DNA of 64,000 bases from Calothrix sp. NIES-2098 (lineage in GTDB: Bacteria; Cyanobacteriota; Cyanobacteriia; Cyanobacteriales; Nostocaceae). The notes beneath the pieces are model-generated. The model worked only from the letters and a program-made list of their open reading frames with translations, searched no databases and had not been told where the DNA came from. Shown here piece by piece: positions 40,562 through 50,485 of this stretch (its first letter is position 1; the number at the start of each line of letters is the position of its first letter). The stretch lies in NCBI GenBank assembly GCA_002368175.1, contig AP018172.1, positions 93,599-157,598 of the forward strand. The letters run 5' to 3'. Made by a program: the position numbers and the translations under genes.

Positions 40562-40774
40562 ATGTCTAACCAGATTACACTTCAGGTAAATGGAGAAAGC
40601 CATAGCTGTTCATCCCAAACTCCTTTACCAGAATTACTCCAACAACTTGGTTTTAATCCCCGCTTAGTAGCAGTAGAGTATAATGGCGAGATTTTACACC
40701 GCCAATTTTGGACAGAAACAAAAGTGCAACAAGGCGATCGCTTAGAAGTTGTCACTATTGTTGGTGGTGGGTGA
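40562..40774 (+). CDS. thiS: Sulfur-carrier protein ThiS.
   Basis: 70 aa ending in the Gly-Gly C-terminus (TIVGGG), with a ubiquitin-like beta-grasp pattern. Located downstream of thiE. Confidence 0.8.
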   Translation: MSNQITLQVNGESHSCSSQTPLPELLQQLGFNPRLVAVEYNGEILHRQFWTETKVQQGDRLEVVTIVGGG

Positions 40775-40792
40775 ATCAATCTATTGAGTCAT

Positions 40793-40853
40793 GGGACATG
40801 GGGCATTGGGCATTGGTTATTTCTCCCCACACTTCCCACACTCCCCACACTCC
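40793..40853. repeat. Short tandem repeats (GGGCATT-type heptamers, then CCCACACT(C) 8-9-mers) between thiS and the GT4 gene.
   Basis: gggacatggggcattgggcattgg ... ccccacacttcccacactccccacactccc. Confidence 0.7.
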
Positions 40854-40854
40854 C

Positions 40855-42048
40855 TCATTCAGCCTTATATAACGAACGATGAAATGTCTTCCTCTGGGCT
40901 AATTCTTTACCTTTGCGACCGAGTTGTTCGCGTAGGGGTTGGTCTTTACACAAGCGATTGAAAGCTTGAAAGACTTCATAACCCGAATTTGGGTTAACGA
41001 GTATGCCGTTTTCTTCGTGGTGAATTGCATCGATGACACCGCCTAAACGAGAAGCAATCACAGGTTTACCAAAGTAACTCGCTTCTAGGTAAACGATGCC
41101 AAAACCCTCGATACTGCTAGCTTTTTTATCGAAGAGATTCAGCATAGCAAATATATCACAGGCTGCATAATAACTAGCTAATTCGCGATCGGGTACATCT
41201 CCGGCAAAGTGTACCCTGCGATCGACTCGCAAGCGTTGTGCTAAAGATTTCAGTTCCGCTTCACAAGGGCCTTGCCCGCACATTATGTAGTGAACATCCA
41301 CCCCAACAGTTAGTAGTAGGGGTAAATTATCAATTACACGGTTAAAGCTTTTGTGCTTAACTAGCTTTCCCACCGAGAGAATCACTACTGCTGTATCGGG
41401 AATATTGTATGTCTGGCGCACGTTTGCACGTAACTCAGCTAAATTACCTTGACTGGTGACTTGGCTAAATTTCTCAGCCCTAACCATTGGGTTAATAACG
41501 TGGGTAGGGGTATCCAATCTTAACTTAGCTCTGAGATAATCTTGTGTATAGGAACTGTTACAGACAATCCCTTCAGCTCGTTTAAGTGTTAATTTAAATA
41601 GCGATCGCCATATCGGATTGCGTAACCCACAAAGAATATCATTACCGTGAAGATAGATAAAAAAACGAATAGGGAGGAAATAGCTCAGGAGTAAAAGTGA
41701 TGGAAACTCGTAGCCATGACCCCATTCAATATAGCGATAGTGATAGCGAAAATATAGTTTAATTGCTAGAACAAATGAATAAATCAGATTGAAGCAAGGA
41801 TTGAGAAAACTCCAATCCCTAGTAATTGGCCAGCGATATATCGGAAATTTTTGATCGCGATCGAATACTTTATCGCCTGAGCAAGCAGCAGCAAGAACAA
41901 TTACCCTTTCTGGATCTTGCAGACAACGATTATATATATACTCACTAATTACAGCTTCTTTTGGTAGAAAGCTGCGAGATATAACTAGAATATCTGGATA
42001 GGCAGTTTTGTCTCTAACATTTGTCGCCAGTTGTGAAATATGTTCCAT
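40855..42048 (-). CDS. Glycosyltransferase family 4 (GT-B, GT1/GT4-type).
   Basis: C-terminal donor-binding motif EGFGIVYLEASYFGKPVIASRLGGVIDAIHHEENGILV (the E-X7-E region). Confidence 0.8.
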   Translation of the reverse strand: MEHISQLATNVRDKTAYPDILVISRSFLPKEAVISEYIYNRCLQDPERVIVLAAACSGDKVFDRDQKFPIYRWPITRDWSFLNPCFNLIYSFVLAIKLYFRYHYRYIEWGHGYEFPSLLLLSYFLPIRFFIYLHGNDILCGLRNPIWRSLFKLTLKRAEGIVCNSSYTQDYLRAKLRLDTPTHVINPMVRAEKFSQVTSQGNLAELRANVRQTYNIPDTAVVILSVGKLVKHKSFNRVIDNLPLLLTVGVDVHYIMCGQGPCEAELKSLAQRLRVDRRVHFAGDVPDRELASYYAACDIFAMLNLFDKKASSIEGFGIVYLEASYFGKPVIASRLGGVIDAIHHEENGILVNPNSGYEVFQAFNRLCKDQPLREQLGRKGKELAQRKTFHRSLYKAE

Positions 42049-42903
42049 AATTAAGTTTTCTAACTATATTGCGAATAATTTTTAAGTTCTCATACTCTTA
42101 ACTAAGGCAAAGAAATTAGTGCCAATTTACTGCTGTCCTGGCACTGTAATTTTTGTGAATTTAAGACTTCGATCGAGATAAATTGGGTGTCAACTAAAGG
42201 ACGCAGTACGATGTATGATTTATTAACGCCAATCACATCTTACTCTCATCAATTATACGAAAGCAGTTAAGTGACTTGGCTACTCAGGGAAATCGCGGTT
42301 ACGGTAAATTCCCTTGATGGTGATGCGTAGTGCGGGCAGCTTGCCCCAGAGCGACCTACACTATAGATGTTACACGCGCATTCCTTTCCGTAATTACCAT
42401 GAGGAATGTGCTTTATCTGTATCTAATTTTCTACTGTTTTATCACATTCGCCAATGGCTACCGTGTAAAAAGCTGAAATCGACATCATTGTTTACTTTCA
42501 GTATTTATATCAGGTATGGCAAGCAAATTTGTAAAAATAGTTATCACTTGATGATACATAGGCTGTAGAACCATAATTCTCAATCCTTGTTTCAGCGATA
42601 GGAGTATACAAATTTCAGCAGTATTTGAAAACAGTAGCCGGAAATATTTTCTGTTTAACGTTGTATTGTTATTTTTTTAATTTAAATTCCTCACCACATA
42701 ATATTTGTCTACCTGATTAACAAGCATTAAACTTTGGTACTGCCAGCTAAATCAATTGCTCATAGACTATTGTGGTAATTGCTAAATTTAGTTTCTATCA
42801 ATAGGCTATCCTGAAAACTACTCAAATTTATGCCAAAATGCCAAAAAGTCGTTCGTTACTATAAAGAAAGTTCTCCATTAGTTAAGTCGATGGTGTAAAT
42901 ATC

Positions 42904-44154
42904 TCAGGACTTACGCAACTGGCACAATGCGATCGTTAGTTCATAGTACATAGGTATTAATTAAATCTGATTTTGAAAGCTTTGCCTTCGTAATAGAAGT
43001 CGCTGTCTTGGAAGTACTATCGAAATATTCGTGAGAAAATAGGTAGAGGTTATATTAGATAAATTTCGCTAAGGGTAATGAGATTTACTAAGCTTAATTA
43101 CTGCCAATATTTATTAAGTAGTCAAATTAATTATACAATTACCAATTTGGCAGAGCATTTAGAGAGTATTAGTCATGACGCAATTAACTATTATTTGAAA
43201 ACCGAAAAATTAACACCTCGTTTACTATGGGATAACGTGAAAGAGGTCGTTGAGTCTGATGAAAATGGTTACATCATATTTGATGATAGCGTTTTAGATA
43301 AAAAGTATTCTGAAGAAATAGAAATAGTCAGAAGACAATATAGTGGTAATGAGCATGGTGTCCTGAAAGGCATTGGTGTAGTTAGCTGCGTGTATGTCAA
43401 CCCTACACTTCAAAGATTTTGGGTCATAGATTATCGAATTTTTAATCCTGATGTCGATGGGAAAACCAAGATAGACCATGTGAAAGATATGCTCCAAAAC
43501 CTTGTGTATCATAAGCTTTTACCATTTGATACTGTTTTGATGGATACATGGTATGCGGTACACAGTTTAATGCTATATATTGATAGCTTAGACAAAATTT
43601 ATTATTGCCCTTTAAAAAATAATCGTTTAGTTGATGATACATTTGGTCAAGAAAAATATAAACGGATTGAATTATTAGAATGGAACCAAGAAGAATTAGA
43701 CTGTGGTAAAATCATAAAAATTAAAGGATTCCCAGCTAATAAAAAAGTGAAACTATTCCGGGTTACTGTTTCTACCAACAGAACGGATTATGTCGCCACT
43801 AACGATTTATCTCAAAGTTCCACGGATGTTGTACAACAGGTGTGTAAAATTCGTTGGAAAATAGAGGAGTTTCACAGGGAAATTAAACAACTAACTGGCA
43901 TTGAATCTTGCCAGTGTCGGAAAGCTAGACTCCAAAGAAATCATATTGCTTGTGCAATGTTGGTTTGGGTTAGGTTAAAGAATTTAGCCTATAGAACTGG
44001 CAAAACTATCTATCAAATCAAGCATAACTTGCTTTCTAATTATTTAATTCAGCAACTGAAGCGCCCAAGTATTTTTATGTGCTTGGTTTGATTTATATTG
44101 TCGCGTGTCAGGGCTTTGCCCTGCCTGCTATTTGTGCCAATTGCGTAAGTCCTA
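42904..44154 (+). mobile_element. Insertion sequence copy B (1251 bp), identical to copy A but inverted, flanked by the 4-bp direct repeat TATC.
   Basis: TATC is present at 42900-42903 and again at 44155-44158. Ends: TCAGGACTTACGCAACTGGCACAA ... TTGTGCCAATTGCGTAAGTCCTA. Confidence 0.8.
43078..44091 (+). CDS. DDE transposase of the IS (337 aa), identical to the ORF at 7023-8036.
   Basis: The protein sequence in the ORF track is 100 percent identical. Confidence 0.8.
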   Translation: MRFTKLNYCQYLLSSQINYTITNLAEHLESISHDAINYYLKTEKLTPRLLWDNVKEVVESDENGYIIFDDSVLDKKYSEEIEIVRRQYSGNEHGVLKGIGVVSCVYVNPTLQRFWVIDYRIFNPDVDGKTKIDHVKDMLQNLVYHKLLPFDTVLMDTWYAVHSLMLYIDSLDKIYYCPLKNNRLVDDTFGQEKYKRIELLEWNQEELDCGKIIKIKGFPANKKVKLFRVTVSTNRTDYVATNDLSQSSTDVVQQVCKIRWKIEEFHREIKQLTGIESCQCRKARLQRNHIACAMLVWVRLKNLAYRTGKTIYQIKHNLLSNYLIQQLKRPSIFMCLV

Positions 44155-44871
44155 TATCTATAGCTTATTTGGGATGGATAAATGAGAAAGTTTTATCCCT
44201 TGCTCATAGAAAACATTAGATAGTTTTGTTAAAAATGTCCTGCATCATAATTTACAGGCTTGCAGTTAAAAAAACTCTCCAAGTAATTATGGTAGATAAC
44301 TGAACTGCAAAAGTAAACCACCATTACTTGCTTGGTAAGTCAATTTAAGTAATCAATTATGAAAATTACTGTAATTAAGATTACGAATTTGAAAAATTCC
44401 AGTTTATTAACATAGAATTCTTAAATGGTAAGTATAATAGAGTCTCTAAAAAAAATCTGAGAGCAATGTTGCTGAATGAGGGATGCTTGCTGCATCTGTG
44501 CAGAAAACGTAAAACATTGTTTTGGTTATAGTTTCAAAGATAAGTCCGTCTCTAGACAGAAGATGAGGACTGCTGTCACCCCTGTGAGGAAGAGTCAGCA
44601 GGGTAATGATTAATTGATCCCAAAATTAGCCCAATCCAGAAAAGATTTAAGGTACGGTTATCTACTCAAGAAATCCTCCCTAAGCTTGCTGCTTAGGCAA
44701 GATAAGACACGGTACATTAAATATGTAGCCGACAAACAAGAATGTTACAGAGAGCTACTGCCAATCACAAACTCGCTTGCTTGCTACGGGCTGGCGTTAC
44801 TGACCAAGCATAACTCTCCTAGGATCATTGGGAGAAATCATCACCAATACCGTTTTTCAAGCGACTGTATT

Positions 44872-45852
44872 ATGCGTAAAAAACTACAACTAGCGATCAA
44901 ACCGCTGTTAAAAACTGTCTTTATCCTCAGCCTGGTGTTAGCTTTGGCACTTGGTCACGCTGATGGAGCATTAGCCGCCCGTAGTGGTGGTAGAATCGGC
45001 GGTGGTTCTTTTAGAGTGCCTTCTAGTCGCACTTACACGCCTCGCACCTACGCACCTCCTGGTGGGGGAGGATATTATGCTCCTTACCCTGGTGGTGGTT
45101 TTGGATTTCCTTTCCTGATTCCTTTTTGGGGAATTGGTGGAGGATTTGGCGGGTTGTTTACCATCTTAATTTTTATTGCGATCGCTAATTTCTTAGTTCA
45201 AAGTTTCCGCCGCGCCAGCAGTGGCGATACCGCAACAGAAGTAGGCTACAGCAGCAATCCTGCTGTATCTGTAACTCGTTTGCAAGTAGGTTTATTAGCT
45301 CAGGCGCGTGGTTTGCAAACCGAACTCGATCGCATTGCTGAAACTGCTGATACTAATTCCCCAGAAGGGAGAGCAGAAATTCTTCAAGAAACAAGCCTAG
45401 CATTGCTCCGCCATCCAGAGTACTGGGTATATGTTGGTGGCGGTACACAACAAGCTAAGTTGAATTCTGCTGAGGCTCAATTTAATCGTCTCTCACTTGC
45501 AGAACGCAGCAAATTTAGCGAAGAAACTCTATCTAACGTTAACAACCAACTTAGAGCCGCACTGGCGAAAGAAGCTTTACCTGGTAGTATCAATCCAGAA
45601 AATCCCACCGACTTAATTACTTCTGGCCCTGGGGAATATATTATTGTCACCTTGCTAGTAGCGACTCTCGGCAAGTATGCAATACCCGAAATTAACAGTG
45701 CTGATGATTTGCGTCAAGCCTTGCGTCAAATTGGTGGCATTCCTAGCGAGCAAATTCTAGCAATAGAGGTGCTTTGGACTCCTCAAGCTGAAGGTGATAC
45801 TCTCACTTCTGATGATTTGTTAGCTGAGTATCCCGATTTGAAGCTTGTTTAA
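44872..45852 (+). CDS. Gly-rich N-terminal membrane/secreted protein (DUF1517-like, cyanobacterial/plastid-type).
   Basis: Start placed at the internal Met MRKKLQLAIKPLLKTVFILSLVLALALG (signal/anchor). This is followed by a Gly-rich segment (GGRIGGGSFRVPSS...GGGGYYAPYPGGGFGFPF), a TM helix and a soluble C-domain. The upstream part of the ORF (44614-44871) is probably not coding. Confidence 0.5.
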   Translation: MRKKLQLAIKPLLKTVFILSLVLALALGHADGALAARSGGRIGGGSFRVPSSRTYTPRTYAPPGGGGYYAPYPGGGFGFPFLIPFWGIGGGFGGLFTILIFIAIANFLVQSFRRASSGDTATEVGYSSNPAVSVTRLQVGLLAQARGLQTELDRIAETADTNSPEGRAEILQETSLALLRHPEYWVYVGGGTQQAKLNSAEAQFNRLSLAERSKFSEETLSNVNNQLRAALAKEALPGSINPENPTDLITSGPGEYIIVTLLVATLGKYAIPEINSADDLRQALRQIGGIPSEQILAIEVLWTPQAEGDTLTSDDLLAEYPDLKLV

Positions 45853-45877
45853 TTACATCTAACTGCTACGGCATCAT

Positions 45878-45908
45878 AAAAACCGCTTGCTGTTAAGCAA
45901 GCGGTTTT
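45878..45908 (+). terminator. Intrinsic terminator, potentially bidirectional (perfect 12-bp stem aaaaccgcttgc/gcaagcggtttt with an A-run and a T-run).
   Basis: Located 26 bp downstream of the 44872-45852 CDS stop. The hairpin and flanking runs were read directly from the sequence. Confidence 0.65.
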
Positions 45909-46449
45909 GTGTTTCGCTATAATCATGTTTAGTATAGTTCTTCTTTTGTCATATTCCAGGGTAGCAAATGGGGAATCAAGAGTCAATCATAATAAAGGCA
46001 GAAATTGTTCTCTATCTGTTGTGCGATCGCATTTATGCAAAAAATATTTTGCAAATAAGCAGGTGATAGCAACTTCAGAGTTCCTTGAAGTAACATCAGG
46101 GTTTCCATTTCATTGTTTCGCGTACCCGGAATTAACTTCAGGGTTCCTTGAATGAACATCAGGGTTCCCGTTTCCGTGTTTCGCGCAGATTGAAATACAT
46201 CTCGACAATAATTGATGAAGATCTTATGATTAGTTACTAGCTTGATGTTTGGCGAATCAAAGCGGGGGCAAAAACCCTAGAGGATATGCCAAAATCGCCA
46301 GAACCTTGACAAAGCAATAATTATAGCGTTTCAGAGATTTGGGAAGATGTAAAATAATTGCAATAAGGTGGGCTGAAAATGACCATAATTTTCGATCTGT
46401 CAAATGTCTTCCCAGGAAGCTTGCTATTGTTAAGTTTCAGAACCCAGCT

Positions 46450-46633
46450 GTTTCAAACAACTATTACCCCGCAAGGGGATTGAAACGCCGCTGAGTAGAT
46501 AAAACACTTCGCTTGCTCCATGTTTCAAACAACTATTACCCCGCAAGGGGATTGAAACGTCGTAATAAACGCCACGCACCCATAAACGCGATCGCAGTTT
46601 CAAACAACTATTACCCCGCAAGGGGATTGAGAG
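46450..46633 (+). CRISPR. Orphan CRISPR mini-array with 3 repeats and 2 spacers. The repeat is GTTTCAAACAACTATTACCCCGCAAGGGGATTGAAAC (37 bp).
   Basis: Repeats at 46450-46486, 46522-46558 and 46597-46633. The last is degenerate at its 3' end (GATTGAGAG). Spacers are 35 and 38 bp and unrelated to each other. No cas genes lie within 15 kb either side in this window. Confidence 0.75.
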
Positions 46634-46748
46634 ATGTAAGTAACCCAGCGAAAATCAACCAAACTATGTTACCAAAAGTAACGACGCTGGCAACCCTTAC
46701 CAGTGACAACCCTAGCCAATTAACTTTAATTACCCGACCTATTTAATG

Positions 46749-47483
46749 TTAATGCGCGTTTGAATTGTGCAGCCAAGCTTGAAACAGAGATTCTAAAATA
46801 CTGTCCCTCGCTGAGTTACTCAATTCAGGATGTAACCACTTTTCAACTCTGAGAATGTAATAACCAAGTTTGGTAGGAATTGGCCCTATTACTTGTCCTG
46901 CTACTGCATCGGTGATAGCTTGGGCAATTTCTGGCATCAATTCTACTAGCAAACGCACGCCAACAAAATCGCTATTTTCTGGAGATGGTTGACCTTGAGA
47001 ATACTCTACGGCTAGGGCGGCAAAAGAAGCATTTTCTTTTTGAATTAAATGAACAATTTTTAAGGCATCAGATAAGTCAGTTACTAAAATCTGAGATAGT
47101 ATAACTCGTCGATAGCGATCGCAGTTATCCATGTAATCAGCATCGACTTCCATACCAAACAGATATTCCTTCAGCTTTTTGGTAAGGAGTTCAATTTTGA
47201 TTCCCAAAGACCAATCTTCTACAGAGATGCGCTGCTGAGATAGCCAATTGAGGGTTTCTGATGCTTCCAAAAGCTGGTGTTCTATCCGAAATGCATCTCC
47301 GGCTGCTTGTAATTCTTCGTTGGTAACTGTAATTTGAAACTGCTTGCAAGCCCGTAAAATTACACTATCTCTTTCTGCTAAAGCAGCAATCTCAGCAATT
47401 TTGCCAACGCGACGCAGGTAAGCCAAAATTTCTGTATCCGTTGCTGGAGAAATTGATGAAGGTTTGGTTAGGCTTTCTAGCAT
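46749..47483 (-). CDS. PpiC/parvulin-type peptidyl-prolyl cis-trans isomerase-like protein.
   Basis: The C-terminal region FAALAVEYSQGQPSPENSDFVGVRLLVELMPEIAQAIT...GQVIGPIPTKLGYYILRVEK resembles a parvulin rotamase domain; the N-terminal part is helical. Start chosen at the internal Met (47483), which has an AAGGA about 8 nt upstream. The ORF could extend to 47528. Confidence 0.5.
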   Translation of the reverse strand: MLESLTKPSSISPATDTEILAYLRRVGKIAEIAALAERDSVILRACKQFQITVTNEELQAAGDAFRIEHQLLEASETLNWLSQQRISVEDWSLGIKIELLTKKLKEYLFGMEVDADYMDNCDRYRRVILSQILVTDLSDALKIVHLIQKENASFAALAVEYSQGQPSPENSDFVGVRLLVELMPEIAQAITDAVAGQVIGPIPTKLGYYILRVEKWLHPELSNSARDSILESLFQAWLHNSNAH

Positions 47484-47574
47484 TACTTTGTCCTTTGTAA
47501 TTAATAGTAATTCGTATAGGAGAAACAACGGGCGAGTTTTCCCCGCCCTACAGGAAATTTTGTGATTTCAAAAA

Positions 47575-48996
47575 TTACTCAATCTGTTCTCGCCGTTGTT
47601 TGAGTTTCAACATGATTTCGGCGTGCATTTCACGAGTAATTGGATAAAAATACGTTAAAACTAAACCCGCAATCAAACAAATTGTCGGTAAAGGCCCAAC
47701 TGCAAGACGAATAGCCTGTAATGCTGACTCAGGTTGTGTGGGTAGTCCAGTTTGTCCAACTACAGCTTCTTTAAAACCGTATGCTTGCAAAGCATTTCCG
47801 ACTAAAAATAAACCAAAAGCTAAACCAAATTTTTGCAACAATACCATAAAGCCATAAAAAACTCCTTCGCGGCGTTGTCCTGTTTGGAGTTCATCTAATT
47901 CAATCACATCTGGAATCATTGACCAGGGAACTAGATAAGCTGTAGAAACGCCAAAACCTGCCATAACTGCCATTACATACATTAAAACTAGTTGTCCAGG
48001 TTGTAAGTAATAGAGTCCGGCGGCGGCGATTATCCATAGACTCATTCCTAAGAAATAAACAACTTTCTTGCCAACTTTTTTACTTAAATTACTCCAGAAA
48101 AAAAGCATCAATAAAGCTGTTCCTTGGACTGCAATCATGACTGTAGGAACATCGGCTTCTTGCAGGCGCATACAGTAAACAACAAAATAAGGAATAATGC
48201 TAGCTGTAATTTGTACGCCCAACCAAGAACAAAGATATATACCAATAACAAACAGAAAAGGTCGGTTGCTAAATACGATTTTTATTTGTTCAATGAAAGG
48301 AAGCGATGCAGGTTCTTCTATTTGAATGCGTTTAGCCTCAAATGCCAAAATGCGATCGCGCGTACCGTAAACGCACCAATATAAGGCTGCTACCGAAATT
48401 ACGGTACAGAGTGCGGCTAATACTATATATTGTTGCTGGCGATCGCTAATGAAGGAAAAAACAAGTTTGGAAAAAATTAACGATAGAATACTACCACCGA
48501 TGGAAAAGGTAAAGCGAAAACTGTTGAGGCTGGTACGTTCGTCATAATCTTGGGTGAGTTCTGGTGTCATTGCCGTATAAGGCAAATTGACAACAGTGTA
48601 AAACACCTGAGATATCATCCCAATGACTACGTAATACCAAAACAAACCCCACGCACTCAAGGGCGGTACAATCCACTGCAAGAAAAAGAAAATTCCGAAG
48701 GGAATTGCCCCATATAATAGCCAAGGCAAACGACGACCCCAACGCCGCGATTTCGTTTTATCAGTTAAAAACCCGACAAACGGATCGTTGACTGCATCCC
48801 AAATTTTCCCAACCATCAAAATACTGCCAGCCAAACCCGCCGGAATCCCAGCGACATTTGTAAAGAAAACTAACAGAAAAAATATCGAAATATTGGCAGT
48901 AATCGCCGGGCCTAAATCCCCTGCACCATAGGCTAGTTTGGTTTGAAACGGCAGTTTTTCGCTTTTAGCAGAACCATCAGCGGCAGAATCATTCAT
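47575..48996 (-). CDS. MFS transporter, glycoside-pentoside-hexuronide (GPH):cation symporter family.
   Basis: 473 aa with 12 TM helices. The N-terminal signature LAYGAGDLGPAITANISIFFLLVFFTNVAGIPAGLAGSILMVGKIWDAVNDPFVGFLTDKTKSRRWGRRLPWLL is typical of MelB/GPH transporters. Confidence 0.8.
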   Translation of the reverse strand: MNDSAADGSAKSEKLPFQTKLAYGAGDLGPAITANISIFFLLVFFTNVAGIPAGLAGSILMVGKIWDAVNDPFVGFLTDKTKSRRWGRRLPWLLYGAIPFGIFFFLQWIVPPLSAWGLFWYYVVIGMISQVFYTVVNLPYTAMTPELTQDYDERTSLNSFRFTFSIGGSILSLIFSKLVFSFISDRQQQYIVLAALCTVISVAALYWCVYGTRDRILAFEAKRIQIEEPASLPFIEQIKIVFSNRPFLFVIGIYLCSWLGVQITASIIPYFVVYCMRLQEADVPTVMIAVQGTALLMLFFWSNLSKKVGKKVVYFLGMSLWIIAAAGLYYLQPGQLVLMYVMAVMAGFGVSTAYLVPWSMIPDVIELDELQTGQRREGVFYGFMVLLQKFGLAFGLFLVGNALQAYGFKEAVVGQTGLPTQPESALQAIRLAVGPLPTICLIAGLVLTYFYPITREMHAEIMLKLKQRREQIE

Positions 48997-49067
48997 AATA
49001 TCTTGCGCTCGTATTAAAATAGAGAGTTTGCATTTGCCTTCAGTATTAGCTAAAAATTACTTCCCTT

Positions 49068-49586
49068 ATGCCAGACCTTTACGTTTCTTGGTCAGATTAT
49101 CACCAAAAAATTGAACAACTGGCTGCTCAGATTTATCAATCGGGTTGGGAGTTCAACCAGATTGTCTGTCTTGCCAGAGGCGGACTGCGAGTAGGAGATA
49201 TTCTCTCCCGTATATATAAGCAACCGCTGGCAATTTTGGCAACATCATCATACAGTGGCCCGGGCAAGCAAGAAAGAGGTTCCTTAACCTTTTCTCGCCA
49301 TATAACCATGACCACCGAAACTTTAGGTTCGCGGATTCTATTAGTTGATGACCTTGTAGACTCAGGAGTTACGCTCAAAGAGACTATCCCTTGGTTACAG
49401 CAAAATCCTGAGTTTGCGATCGCTGAAATTCGTACTGCTGTACTTTGGTATAAAGCTTGCTCGGTTATCGAACCCGATTATTATGTTGACTACCTATCTG
49501 ACAATCCCTGGATTCACCAACCCTTTGAACCCTATGAATACATGAACCCTGCTGAACTCGCAGCAAAAGTCAGCCAACCTTGTTAA
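49068..49586 (+). CDS. Phosphoribosyltransferase-domain protein (purine/xanthine-guanine PRTase-like).
   Basis: PRPP-binding motif ILLVDDLVDSGVTLKE in a 172-aa protein. Confidence 0.65.
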   Translation: MPDLYVSWSDYHQKIEQLAAQIYQSGWEFNQIVCLARGGLRVGDILSRIYKQPLAILATSSYSGPGKQERGSLTFSRHITMTTETLGSRILLVDDLVDSGVTLKETIPWLQQNPEFAIAEIRTAVLWYKACSVIEPDYYVDYLSDNPWIHQPFEPYEYMNPAELAAKVSQPC

Positions 49587-49613
49587 TCGGGCGATCGAGA
49601 GTTTTCTGTATAT

Positions 49614-50378
49614 TTATAATAAATTCTCTGGATTTTCTCCTAATTCTCGCAAACGAGCAGCCAAACGTTCTGCCCGTTGGCGTTCGACTTCTGCTTGTTG
49701 GGATGCAACTTCTGCCCTTTGGCGTTCTGCTTCTTCTGGTAAGAAAATTAAACTTCCTTCGCGGTCATAAAATCTTAGCCAAGGCGCAGTTTCTCGGTCT
49801 ATGGTTCCTTGCCAAATTCCCAACCAAAATCCTAAAGTTTCGCACCACAACCAACCTTGGTCATTAGCAACTAACGGCTGATAGCGAAAATTGGCATCCA
49901 AGCGCCATCCTTGCAAGGAGTTAGAGTCAAAGGGGTCAAAAACGAAATAGTCTCTAGTTCTAAAAACTCCTTCGTAGAGATTTTTTTTCTCGCCTATATC
50001 CACATTTTTTGTTGAAGGCGACATCAATTCGACAATTACATCAGGATAACGGCCGTTTTCATCCCATACAACCCAACCTTGCCGAGAACCAGTTCCTTCA
50101 ACATTGAGAACAACAAAAAAATCCGGCCCTTTAAAATCCCGATTTCGCGCCTGTGTACGACTGTAGTAAACAAACATATTACCGCCAACAAAGTAATCAT
50201 TGCGGTCTGACCAAGCTTGTTGCAACGACCGGATTAAAACATTCATCCCAATGCGGTGGCGGTTACTTTCCAAAGGTTCTCCGTCATCAAATATTAAATC
50301 TGTGGGTGGTGGGGTAGGTTCCCACTCTGGTACAGTAGGTGCTGGCAAACTCTGATTTTCAGTAATGTTTGTTGACAT
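49614..50378 (-). CDS. Uma2-family (DUF820) putative restriction-endonuclease-like protein with a C-terminal coiled coil.
   Basis: NRHRIGMNVL...YFVGGNMFVYY...PDFFVVLNVEG...PDVIVELMSPST...DIGEKKNLYEGV...YFVFDP is the canonical Uma2 pattern with the PD-(D/E)XK-like core. The coiled-coil tail is EAERQRAEVASQQAEVERQRAERLAARLREL. Confidence 0.8.
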   Translation of the reverse strand: MSTNITENQSLPAPTVPEWEPTPPPTDLIFDDGEPLESNRHRIGMNVLIRSLQQAWSDRNDYFVGGNMFVYYSRTQARNRDFKGPDFFVVLNVEGTGSRQGWVVWDENGRYPDVIVELMSPSTKNVDIGEKKNLYEGVFRTRDYFVFDPFDSNSLQGWRLDANFRYQPLVANDQGWLWCETLGFWLGIWQGTIDRETAPWLRFYDREGSLIFLPEEAERQRAEVASQQAEVERQRAERLAARLRELGENPENLL

Positions 50379-50485
50379 GGCATAACTTGATATATTTACG
50401 CGATATTTGTCATTTAAACTCCTTTGTCTAAATCCTAGTCTTTAGGGACTTCCATAAAATAAATTATCCAATTTACTCAGATTTG

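Noticed and set aside
42314-42568. 84-aa ORF in the 850-bp noncoding stretch between the GT4 gene and IS copy B. Similar small ORFs lie at 10938-11120, 19618-19821, 20608-20971, 45907-46155, 49580-49867 and 50442-50750.
   Set aside because: There are no recognisable motifs. The sequences are Cys/Arg/Tyr-rich or hydrophobic junk-like and lack an SD. They are probably intergenic or overlap real genes on the other strand.
8211-42903. Possibility that the two IS copies and the enclosed 34.7 kb form a single composite transposon that moved as a unit.
   Set aside because: Each IS copy has its own matching 4-bp direct repeats (TAAT and TATC) at both of its own ends. This indicates two independent insertions rather than one composite transposition event.
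44614-44871. N-terminal 86-aa extension of the DUF1517-like ORF as given in the ORF track.
   Set aside because: The extension is basic, low-complexity and lacks a signal. A Met directly preceding a clear signal/anchor helix (MRKKLQLAIKPLL...) is a far more plausible start.
46430-46746. ORFs 46430-46621 (minus) and 46513-46746 (plus) containing the repeated peptides IPLRGNSCLK and SNNYYPARGL.
   Set aside because: The repeated peptides are translations of the CRISPR direct repeats, so these ORFs are array artefacts.
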